From Lingula anatina (Eukaryota > Animalia > Brachiopoda): 64,000 bases of DNA. This document shows, piece after piece, positions 12,501 through 24,891 of this stretch (its first letter is position 1; each line of letters begins with the position of its first letter). A model generated the notes under the pieces. The model did not search any database. It saw only the letters and a list, made by a program, of their open reading frames with translations, and was not told where the DNA came from. The translations under genes and the position numbers were made by a program. The DNA is taken from assembly GCA_051362555.1 (NCBI GenBank), contig CM120640.1:59064788-59128787 (forward strand). Direction: 5' to 3'.

Positions 12501-15500
12501 GTGAAACAAGACAGCACTATTCTGAAATGGATTTATTTCCATTTTTAACACTTTTTTAACATAAAACAAAATTAACAGTTTACTGCCATTTTTATATGAT
12601 CAACTAAGAAAATTGATGAGATGTGAAAAATATCAATAGAACAGTGTCAAATGTCCAATTTCCTCCATTCTGAGTTTCTGAACATAGTGAATGATTGAAT
12701 CTTACAAACTGCAATGATATGAGTTTATTTCCATTTTTGACATCTTATTACACAATACACGATAACAAGTTTACCATCATTTTTAAGTAATTAACTAACA
12801 ATGTTGTAAAGATGCAGGAAATGTCAAACAAACACTTTTACTTATCTTATTAATTAAATAATGAGACTGTTAACATGCCTAAGAATTGAATCTGAGGAAA
12901 TGTGAAAAAACAGCATAACTTATAAAATAATGGTCCGATTATGCTGATTTTCGAACTTGACCTGCGTTTTAGTAAGATTGATTACTCCTGTGAGTTTCAT
13001 GACAACAGACCTATGGGTTTTCCTTGAAATGTGTTAACAGTGTTGCATATATGCTGAAAAGTGAAAAAACAGCATAACTACTAAAATAGTGGCCCGATCA
13101 TGCCGATTTTCGAACTTGATCTGCGTTTTAGTAAGATTGATTACTCCTGTGAGTTTCATGACAACAGGCCTATCAGTTTTCCTTGAAATGTGTTAACAGT
13201 GTTGCATATATGCTGAAAAGTGAAAAAACAGCATAAATTCTACAATAATGGTCCAATCATGCTGATTTTCGAACTTGACCTGTGTTTTATGAATATTCAT
13301 CAGCTCTGTAAATATAAAGCCAAAAAGTAAAACTGTCTTCCACTTATGGTGTTAACGCTGAAAGTGCACGGCGACGGCGACGGCGACATGATCGGCGACG
13401 ACAGACGCAGGTGATGGCAATATGTACAGACACATCTGTGTCTGTACATAAAAATACATTAGTTATACTAACAGCAGTGACCACACTTACATCGTTTTAC
13501 TTACTTTTATTTCTTGAGCCACTTTCTGCTGCAGGTAACTCCACAGACAGACTGGTATTTGGCAGTTGTTGCTGTTGTTGGTATTTATTGTTATTCTCCA
13601 CATCAACAGCAAAAGCAGGGTTATCAAAGCAGCCTGTAGACAACATGGGTTAACAGTGGTAACAAATGCACAAATAATGGTCACATGCAGCTGAAAATTT
13701 ACCATGAACAATGAACTACATTTTCTAAGTTATATTAGTGTTAGATGTACTTTCAAATAATGATAGAACGTGGTGTAGTGATAAATGGCCATTCTACAAG
13801 AAAAGGAGACAAATTAAGATCACTTTATCAAAATAAGAATGTTCCACAGTTTATCTGATTCCAATCTCCCACTGAACTCAAAGTAAAAGGTGGCAATTAA
13901 TTCTTTATGTAATATGAAGATTTAAATAAGAGCTATTAAAATTGTACAGATAGTGAGAGGGACAGTTGAATTTTGAAGCTGGAGTTTGGAAGTGGGCTGC
14001 TTGGGGGAAAATAAAACTATTTAGTGAGAATAAAATTTTAGTCCCTATCTTAAGAGCATGAAGAGAAGAATCTACATTTGAGCCCAGAGGAACCTGGATA
14101 ACCCCCAGAACTGATTATCATATGGATAAATGCCAAAATATTTTATGTTTATGATGCTGCAGTACATAAAATATGTTCCACTGCTTGTAATTTCTCCAGT
14201 ATTGTTTAGTAAATTCCATGGGATATACATCCATCAGTTATATATAGAAACTGTATGATAGCTCACATTCCAAGGTAATTATATACCCAGCTACATGTTG
14301 CTTTATGAGAATTAGGTTACTGTGAGAGTCAGCAACATAACATTTCATTATGCAACAAAAATACTCTGTATTTTTATTTCATATATGTGTGTAACTGAGA
14401 TTACTGCAGAGGTAAATCAGTAACTCATGCAGTTCAAAATGTAGGTATCTCCCAAACCTTCACTTCATATGTTGCTAGCTCTCTTGAAGGAATAATACAT
14501 TTTTTTCTATAAATTATTCTATTTTCTTTTGCAGAAAACCTCTGCCTATATCCCCAAAGGCATGTGCCAGGTAAGTTCTTAATTTTTTGTGCCAAAATCC
14601 AATATTTAGTTCCTCATACCAGTGCCAAAAGTATAGGATGTGCCAAAATCCAATATATAGCCCCTTCTGACCTGCACTAAAAGTTATAGATAAATTACAA
14701 AACTTTCAATAAATATAAAACATTGTACATACAGGGGTACACTAAACCTCAACACACGAAAAATATCAATTTGTGGTATGTGGAGTTTCAACTATGTAGA
14801 CAAAAAATATGTTCTTAGTAATGAGATACTGGTATCATGCACATCTACAGTGATCTAGAACTACTAAGATAAGCAAGACAGTTAAACAGTCAATGCCTTT
14901 AAATTTTTTGTAAATTGTTTTGCTTTGCCAAATATCCACATAAATTACCTAAGGAGCATATATCAATTACTTGATACCCGACCAAAGGTTTAGTAAAGGC
15001 ATTTTCAACACACTTTCATCCAAAACATCTAGGAATGTAAATAACCCATTGAAGGTAGAATTGGAAGTAAAAGAATTGAAAAATACACTGAGAAACATGA
15101 GAAAACAATTACACACAGTACATATGCTTACTCACACCTCTACTTATAAGGTCCTGAGTGTTTGCTGTTTTCATGCCAAGGGTCTCATGAAATCTAAAAT
15201 GCAAACTAAAACACCAGACATGAGGATTTACATTTTGGTAAAAAAAAATACTTATTTCTCATAAATACCTACCCCCAGAGAGTCTCCTCACTTTAACTGT
15301 GCCAGAGAAGGCACTGTCTGGGACTTGAGATAGCTCCATGAAGTGAATAAGCCTCTCTTCAATGTGGTGAAATGTTGGCCTGTCTTTTGCATTAAAGCTC
15401 CAGCATTTCAATGTCAAATCGTGACTGAAGTGGAAAGTATGTACTTCAATTATACCACTTAGAATAGCCATTCAAATGCATTTTACACAAATAAAGTTTT

Positions 15501-18500
15501 TCAAAATCTATTTACTATTATTATAATTATAAATTAAGCTTTAAAAAAAAACTATATTTTAATATAGAAAAATAAAATTAAAATTGTAAGTCCAGTAAAA
15601 GATTAAAGAACTATCCATGGCATATAAATTATTTTCAAAAGACAGAATAAATAACTTTATTTTGCAAGTAACTTGAGATAATGGACACTTGTGGAGCAAC
15701 ATGGTTCTACACTAAAGCTTGTGCTATTGCCTTATGTGGAATATTGGGTAAATGTCACTTGTGTAACATATGAATACACGGAGGAAAAAGAATAATCTTA
15801 ACAACCCTGCAAATACTAGAATAATGAGGCATGTAATATGCATTTCCATTTGTGCTTACAGTTCATCAGGGCAGTTTTCTGGGCGATCAAGCCTTCCTCC
15901 GCCACGTACAAATTGCAGTACCTCCAGGTTTGTCCTGGCAGGGTATGGCTGTTGACCCAGTGTTAACACTTCCCATACCAATACACCATAGGCCCTAGAA
16001 AATTTGCAAGCCATTGAGGCTTTTTTAATGATCTGTAAAATGGGCAAATGATCATAACACAGTTTTTTAATCACAGTCAGTAATAGTATATGAGCTGTAT
16101 TTAAGGTTGGTGGCCACTGTAAGTAACAAAAACGCTTATAACCTAAAAATTTAGCAAAAAAGACATATTGACAAAAGACTTATTTAATTGTCCAATTGGC
16201 TCTAAGCCTTTGTGAGCAATTTCTATCATTTGCCAAATATTTTGAATTTGAACTTAGACCAAGGCTGTCTTTGTGTAAAACTATTTAATCAGCTCTAGGA
16301 CAATACATGTTCATATTAAAAATTTCATTTAAGAGTTTTTTTTACTTGAGGTATTCATCATAACCATGCACAATGTGTTTACCAGACATCAGACTGTGTG
16401 GTGAAAACCCCATCAATCAGGGCCTCAGGGGACATCCAGCGTACAGGGAGGAGCCCCTCTCCTTCTTTCCTGTAGTAGTCATTTCTGTAGATGTCTCTAG
16501 CGAGGCCAAAGTCACCAATTTTTACAGTAATCTTGTTGTCCTTCCAAGATACTAGACAGTTCCTGGCAGCTATATCTCTGAAATTTGATATGACAGAGGT
16601 ACCTTCATAAAATTTTGTACTGGGCACTCATCCATGATATGAAATATGTAAAAATACATGAATAAATGGACATGAAATAGTTTTGGTCTTCAGGTTTCAT
16701 ATACTTTTATGATACTTTTGATCTTTTTTATCACTGATTTCTAAATTGAATAGGGCAGGTGTTTGATCCAAGAAAAAAATTGCACCCACTTTTTTTTTTT
16801 TTTTTGAAAATGTGTAATCTCTTCTTGAAATGTTAAGTTCTTTTTCTTATTATATGTACATGTTTGTGACAAAAGCAGTAGGACCTACCTGTGTACAAAG
16901 TGTAAGTCTTCTAGATAACTACAACCTTTGGATACATCACAGCAGATGGAGATGAGATCAGGGAATGTGAGTGCAGTCTGTCCAAGCTATGGAACAAACA
17001 GCAGAGTTAGACTTTTTACGAAAGATAACGCAACTATTCACAAATCATTTATAATGTTAAAACCAAAATCTTGCATTTTAATTCTCTTGGGAGAGAGGAG
17101 ATTAAATTTAATATGTAATGTCTATTGTAGTTGGAATTGCTTGAATTCAAATACAACTATCAAACACAGCTATGGATTGTCATTATTTCAGACTAGAACT
17201 TGTTGTGGCACTCCTGTTTTCCTTTATCATCTGTGGCACTCCTGTCTTCCTTCATCATTCAGAAAAAGATAAGGAAAATTTATCTTTCAAAATATCAAAG
17301 AATCATATCAATATAAACACTCAGCAATGGCAAGATATCTGGTTGTACTCACATGTGAAGGTCTTGTTGCCCTTAAAAAGGACAGTAAGTCTCCACAATC
17401 CATCAACTCTAGGATAATAAATTGAGGATCATTGTCAAGACAGACTCCAAGCAGCCTCAGAATGTGATTATGTTTGAAGTTACTCATTAATAATGCTTCT
17501 TTCAAAAATTCTTCTTTTTCTGAATCATTGGCACCTCTCCTTAAAGTCTGAAATACAAAAAAAAAAACAAGAGGTAAAACTGTTTTTCACTTATCGTGTT
17601 TACGGTAAAAGTGCACGCCAATGGCGACGGCAACGGCGACGCCAGACACAGGTGACGGCTATATGTACAGACACATCTGTGTCTGTACATAAAAAAAAAG
17701 ATTAAACATTGGTGATATTTGTTTTACTTTTTTGAAATGGAGAATTTCAATTTTTAGAATGTGGTTGGAACGAATAGAGGGTATTTGTTTTCCTGTGCAG
17801 CAAACACTGTTAGAACTTAACATTTAATTTCCAATATTCAAACATTTCATAAAAACAAGGCAGCAAAGCTGTCAAATGTACAGACAAAAAGCAGGAAATA
17901 ACAAAATAGGCTACTGTCAATTCTGATGCAAAAGTACATTATGTTAAACTGCAAATTCAACATCAAATTTTAATTATGCTCAACAGGTAATACCAATGTA
18001 AGTAAAATGTGAAACAAGCATAAAGCTTCAGGCCCATGGGAGTTCAAGTTCACACTTTGAAAATGTAAAACTTCCAGAAAAAGAAGTCAATTAGACTGCT
18101 TTTCCAACTCAGGCTGCATTTCAGTCCAGTATTTCTTTTTTGAAAGTTTGGCAATCATAAGTAACATGGTTTTCCCATAATGGTCATCATGGCAGCAGCA
18201 CCCAAAATTGTGTTTTCTTCTATTCTGATGCAATATTACATAATGATTAACAGCATAATGACAATCAACTTTTAATAACAAAATATATGTATCATGGATT
18301 TTCAGAAAATGTGACTAGCCTGGGTCTTCAAGCCTGTGGAACTTCAGTCACACCTTGAAAATGCCAATATGTGAAAAATTAAATTTTCACAAAAAAAAAC
18401 TGTTTATCTGGCAGATTGCATTGCCTACTGAAGCTGTATTTTAGTCCCATGTTTCTTTCCTGTAAGTTTGAGAACAGTAAGTGACATGGTTTTTCTTAAA

Positions 18501-21500
18501 AGGTAATCGTGGGAGCAGTGCCCAAAATAGTTTTTTTTTCAAATTTTGATGCAATGTTACATAATGTTTAACGGCATAATGACCATCAATTTTTACTAAT
18601 AAAATATTAGTATCATGGATATTCAGAAAATGTGACTAGCAAAGGTCTTCAGGCCCATGGAACTTCAAAGTCACAACTTGAAAATGCCAAAATGTAAACA
18701 AGACAGCACTGTTCTGAAATGTTTTTTTCCCCATTTTTAACAATTTTTAACATAAAACAAAATTAACAGTTTACTGCCATTTTTATATGATCAACTAAGA
18801 AAATTGATGACATGAGAAAAGTATCAATAGAGCAGTGTTAAATGTCCAATTTCTTCCATTCTGAGATTCTGAACATAGTGAATGATTGAATCTGACAAAT
18901 TGCAATGATATGAGTTTATTTCCATTTTTGAAACTCTATTATACAATACATGATAACAAGTTTACCATCATTTTTACATAATCAACTAACAATGTTGTAA
19001 AGATGCAGGAAATGTCAAACAAACACTTTCACGTATCTTATTAGTTTAATAATGAGACTGTTAACATGCCTAAAAATTGAATCTGAAGAAATGTGAAAAA
19101 ACAGCATACCTTCTAAAATAATGGCACGATTATGCTGATTTACGAACTCAACCTGCATTTTAGTAAAATTGACCACTCCTGTGACTTTCATGACAATTGG
19201 CCCATCTGTTTTTCTTATATTGTGTTTACAGTGTTGCATATAGGCTGAAAAGTGTAAAAAAACAGCATAACTAGTAAAATAGTGGCCCGATCATGCCGAT
19301 TTTCGAACTTGACCTGCGTTTTAGTAAGATTGATTACTCCTGTGAGTTTCATGACAACAGGTCTATCGGTTTTCCTTGAAATGTGTTAACAGTGTTGCAT
19401 ATATGCTGAAAAGTGAAAAAACAGCATAACTACTAAAATAGTGGCCCGATCATGCCGATTTTCGAACTTGATCTGCGTTTTAGTAAGACTGATTACTCCT
19501 GTGAGTTTCATGACAACAGGCCAATCGGTTTTCTTTGAAATGTGTTAACAGTGTTGCATATATGCTAAAAAGTGAAAAAAACAGCATAAATTCTACAATA
19601 ATGGCCCGATCATGCTGATTTTCGAACTTGACCTGCGTTTTATGAATATTAGTCAGCTCTGTAAATATAAAGCCAAAAAGTAAAACTGTCTTCCACTTAT
19701 GGTGTTAACGCTGAAAGTGCACGGCGACGGCGACGGCGACAGCGACGGCGACATGATCGGCGACGGCGACGGCGACGACAGACGCAGGTGATGGCAATAT
19801 GTACAGACACATCTGTGTCTGTACATAAAAATAAGTGTAAATGTAAGTGAAATACAAGACTGTAGTAATATAATGACAATACCTTGACTGCTACTTTGGT
19901 GGGGCCTGTAGCTTGTCCTAGTACATCAGTGGCCTCTCCCTCATAGACCTCACCAAATGCTCCACTACCCAGAAGCTGCGTTAATGTCAACTGGTCGCGT
20001 CGGAAGTGGGGCAATGCAGCAATCTCATCCTCTGATGGGTTTATGCTGGGAAAATTAAGATAATATAGTTTTACTAAAAATCGTTTTTGAAATTGTTATT
20101 CGAATGCATGTATTTTCAGAAAGCTGAGACATGCAGACAACATTACTTGGAGACCATAACTGATATCGGTCTAATTCCAAACAATAACTCACCCCATGCC
20201 ATATAATGTAGTATTTGTGTGGTATGCTATCCTGGGTAACTCTCGCAGAGTAGCCAGCTCTATATCAGGAGTACGTGGTGCATCATAATGGCAGCCGTTG
20301 TTGTTTATAAAGGAAGACCTATTTCTCTTCTCTTCATTCCTTTTTTTGAAAACTGAAAAATAAGTTGTCTTTCAAAAAAGATCTACAACATGTTGTTTTT
20401 GAGAAGTAATCAATCTAACTGGTTGCAAGCTAACCCAAAAGATTTCGAAAAAGTTCACCTAAAAAACTGTATAATCCCCACCATTAATAGATCTATATGA
20501 AAATTGAACAAAATAAAACTTCAACTCACCCAGAAAGAGTACCACTCCAGCAATGACCACAAGGAAAACAATGACAGCAAACAAGCCAACCAATATGGAG
20601 GTCAAATTACTGTCCTCTGCACCTGTTAGAGCTGCTACTAATGGGAAGAGAGTTTTGAAAAGTGTTAAAATCATTTTTTTTCAATATCAAATAATTTATA
20701 AATTACATATTGCCCACATACTTGAAATTGGAGGATTTTTCAAACTGCTTATTTACAGAACAACATTTAATCAAAACATAAATTCATACTTGTAATGGTA
20801 TCATTTTGATGTAAATATTACAGTCATTCTTTGCTAGTGGTGCACTGCAGGGGGGCCATAACAAGAATGTTATTTAAATTTAGATAGCCAACCAAATTCT
20901 CATGACATCGTTGTGTATGTTTCAATAACAAATCAAAGAAGCTGCATGAGCAAGGAGGATGCTGTTATAAAAGCAAAATAAGAGAAAAAGCAGAAAATAT
21001 ATCGAAATTACCCCCAAAATGGCGTCCTTTTTTGTGGAATTTCGACCCTACCTCTATTTAGGAACAGTTTGTTTAGGGTTTGAATGAATTATTGAAGCAG
21101 GGAATACACCTACTGCAAGAAGATATAATAAACAGAATGTGCAAATGGTTATTTAAATAAAAATTTATTTGAAGTGACTGAAAAATGATCACAAAATTAG
21201 CTTAACTTACGATACATGCGGTGTCCCACCCCGATGAAAATTTCATCTAATCCTATCTTTTTGTATTAAAACTGTTCAATCGTCCAAAGTAGTATGTCGG
21301 TTAGTTTGTGTCACGAAATCCATGATAATATCAGTTTTCTTAAGAATTTCACATTTATTGCTCAGCAAGGTCGATTTTTCTTCACCGCGTCCCAATATAA
21401 CGTTCGCAACGCTGAAACTTCAGAGATCGATTCTTATCAGACGACTTTAAAATGCCGCGTGAAAATTATACATCGATAGCGATCTTCTTCCATACTCACT

Positions 21501-24116
21501 AACTGATGACGTCTTACACACGAATGGCTTCTTTTGCACACTAAAAAAACCAGCTCAAACTGGCGGGTGGCCCATTCTGATAACATGTCACACAATGATG
21601 CTGTCGAGATAGGATGCAGGGCGCAGGTGTAATTCCCTCGATTTAACCGTCACAGGATTGTTTATTGGGATCTTCTTTGTATGAAGGTGAGAAATAATGA
21701 GTTTCGTTTCATTTTTCTTCAATTGTTTCAACATATTTGTGTACCGATTGATTTTTACCATTCTATAAGTAGGGTGATTTCGTCTGAACTTTCGTTTTGC
21801 GTCTGTGTCACATGGGGGACTAAAGGTCACATTGAACATGGTGACGCGGTGAAACCGTATTCATGTTCTCTTGTTCTCGAAAACTCAATCATCGAAATTG
21901 AATTACTTTTTTTTAGTTTTGTCTTAAATTAAGCTGCTACACTGTATTCCGTGCGTTTAAAATTTAACCGTCTGTAAAAACAGCAATAATGGATTACTAG
22001 CAACACTTACGTTACGCAATGAAGCACCGAAAATGGGTGAAGAAAATGTGTCTCAGTAATATGCGTGTTTGCCACTCATAATGCACTGTACTTTGTTTGA
22101 ATAAGCAATAAACTATTTGTGATCTTAGGTTATCCATTGTTCATTATCAGAGTTAACAGATTCTTTGTGTGATTTTTTTTCAGAATCCCAAGAGTGGATG
22201 CCTTAGTGAGCACAGAACAGATATCACCATTGGTCCACATATGTCAGGAAGAATGTTATAATTATGAACTTTGTGTCACACTGAACTTCATTTTGTTAAA
22301 TTTTGTATTTAACTGAACGTTATTGTGTTAAAATAATAATAAAAAAATAATAATTCAGATAAAAAACTACAATCTGGAACATTCTTTAGATCAACTTTGT
22401 TCAGTGTGTGCCCCATGTGACAGAGTTACAGTAAATAAAATATGTGCATTATTCCTCTGTGTTTGTCAATTCCATTTTAAAAGCATGTGAAAGTGGTGTG
22501 CCCCTCATGATTGAAGTGTGTATGGATAATAGCAAAAATATTATTATTTACATGATTATAAAAAGTTTTTGTACCCGCGTCAATAACGTAACCGTGAACC
22601 CCATATTCAACATTTTTATTAATTATGAAATGTGGATTAAATTCTTCAAACCCAGTTTTGAAGCATTGAGACAACACCCCCTTATGATTTAAACTAAAAC
22701 TGAAAACATTCCATTAGACTTTCATTAGTTTGTGCAAAATATATTGCCCAGGGTAACGCGTCTTGGATTTGGTGGGTATAGCTGTTCAACTCTCCTGTGT
22801 GCCCTAAAAAGGGCAGCTGCTGTTTCCCTTTTTATGAAATGATAAACTGTGATGGTGTAGCTATCACATCGCAAAATTACAGCTTCCCAGAGAAAGTTTG
22901 ACATTTTCGGTCAAATTCAACATTTTGTAACCACTAGCAAAGAATGACAGATTAAGTAATATATCACTTCAGAAAAATATTGAAATGGTGATTGTGTACA
23001 GATACAATAGACTATATTTCATGCAATTTGTACACTTTAACTAATCAACATTTTATTTGCATATACATTTGCCAAAATAAAAAGCAAAACTCAGTACAAC
23101 TCCTACACATTCTGTGTCCTAAGGGGCTATACCTACCCACAGGCAAAAAGAAAGATGAACTGTTTGAGCTGAAAGGTCCCCAACCCATGGCATTATAAGC
23201 AGCCACTCTGAAGATGTACTTCTGACCACCATCTAATCCCTGAGCTGTCCACTTAGTGTTTACTCCTTTATATGCTAGAGACCAATTGCCAGTATAGTCA
23301 TCAGGCCTGAAATGAACATAAAAACAACTGAGGTTTACAGGAACAAATTTTATGACTTCATTTTTTTCATAGATCACTACGATTGCCCCATCCAATACAA
23401 ACTATATGATCAGAGCAGCAATATTGTTAAACCACAGGTCAAAGTAAGATTGCCAATATGTGACTTTCTATTCAAGTTCAACGGTAACTATGGATGTATC
23501 TCTGTCAGTTTTGGAGATATACGGGTCAATTAAATGCTTTCATTGTTGCACTTCACAAGCTCAACAAAATGCAACAAGTAAGATGTCTCTAGGTTTTACA
23601 GTTCCAGAATTACACAGTTTTTCAGTTTCAGCATCTTGAAATAAAGTCAAAGGTCAGTTATGGTGGCCTGAGATTGTATGTGATCTAATTCCAAGAGTTG
23701 GGTCCTTGTATTCTAGGAGGGGAAGCAGTTATGGTGACTGCACGGCAGAGCTGGCAGACAAGATGGGTCAGGACAAAAATCATGTGTACCACCAGGGCTC
23801 AAGCAACTTACAGTAATTGTTTTCTATGAATCATAACCTTACATACACATCATTTCTGCCAAACATTAATGAATCAATATAGCAGCTTTTGAACTGGCAA
23901 GATTCACACTCTTATTACTATTGTTGTGTCATTTTTTTCTTTACCATTTCACCCATGCATAGCATTATTGCCCTTAGAAAAAACTTACATATACTCTAGC
24001 CTGTATTGTGTTATCAGTGACCCAAAATCCTCAGGTGGATACCAGAACACTTCATATGCACCTGAACTTAAAGTGGTAAGCTTTGGTGGTATGGGTTCTC
24101 CTGGAACTGATGCTGC

Positions 24117-24165
<49 letters not shown>

Positions 24166-24833
24166 TGGTGACAAAAAATAGAAGCTGACTGAAAATCATT
24201 TCAAGCAGTAGTTGCAGACCCCATAGCTAAAAGGTAAGGTGCCAAATCAAACACCATGATCAAGCAGAAACAAATGTATGCAGCTCTCAAAGGGAGCAAA
24301 CAGTTTGGTGCTATAACTAAACAACAAAAATATGTCAGTTTCCAAAATTCTGTACAATTTTAACCTACTGCTCCTTACATTACAATAGTGCATTTACCTG
24401 TTGTTTTGCACGTAAAGCTTGCATCTGTTGGCCACTCAAATAGGTGACGAGAAGTCAGCATTGTCCTAACCCTAAAGGCATACTCTGTGTTTGGGGTCAA
24501 TTTTTGGAAGGTTTGTGAATACAAATTATTTGGTTTGGTTCTAAACCCAAGATGTTCAGAGTCTTTCCACTTCAATGGGGTCTTCACCTAAAACATGGGC
24601 AAAACAGTTTATTAAACAATTTTCTGTTGTTCAAAATTTAAATTTTTGTGGTGGGCTAAATTCATCTAATAAAAATATCACATTCTTCACAGAATTTCAA
24701 CTCTGAAGCAGTTATAATAATATTACAAATATGCTTCTTAACAGCAGAGTATGTCAGTATAAAAAAGATTAAGTCACCTGAAACATTATCAAACACATCA
24801 TGATAGTTAAAAAGAGCAAGTCAGAAACTATAA

Positions 24834-24891
<58 letters not shown>

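Noticed and set aside
14588-14690. ~52-bp local direct duplication (also a ~43-bp one at about 39223-39310)
   Set aside because: Ordinary degenerate slippage duplications with no further structure.
16383-20045. Assignment of the kinase to ALK/LTK or insulin receptor because of HRDIAARN and YxxxYY
   Set aside because: [27 protein letters not shown] and the FN3/YWTD ectodomain are ROS1/Sevenless features.
21588-21932. 83-aa ORFs inside the 2.1-kb TIR element as transposase fragments
   Set aside because: No DDE, zinc-finger or helicase motif is recognisable; both overlapping frames are short.
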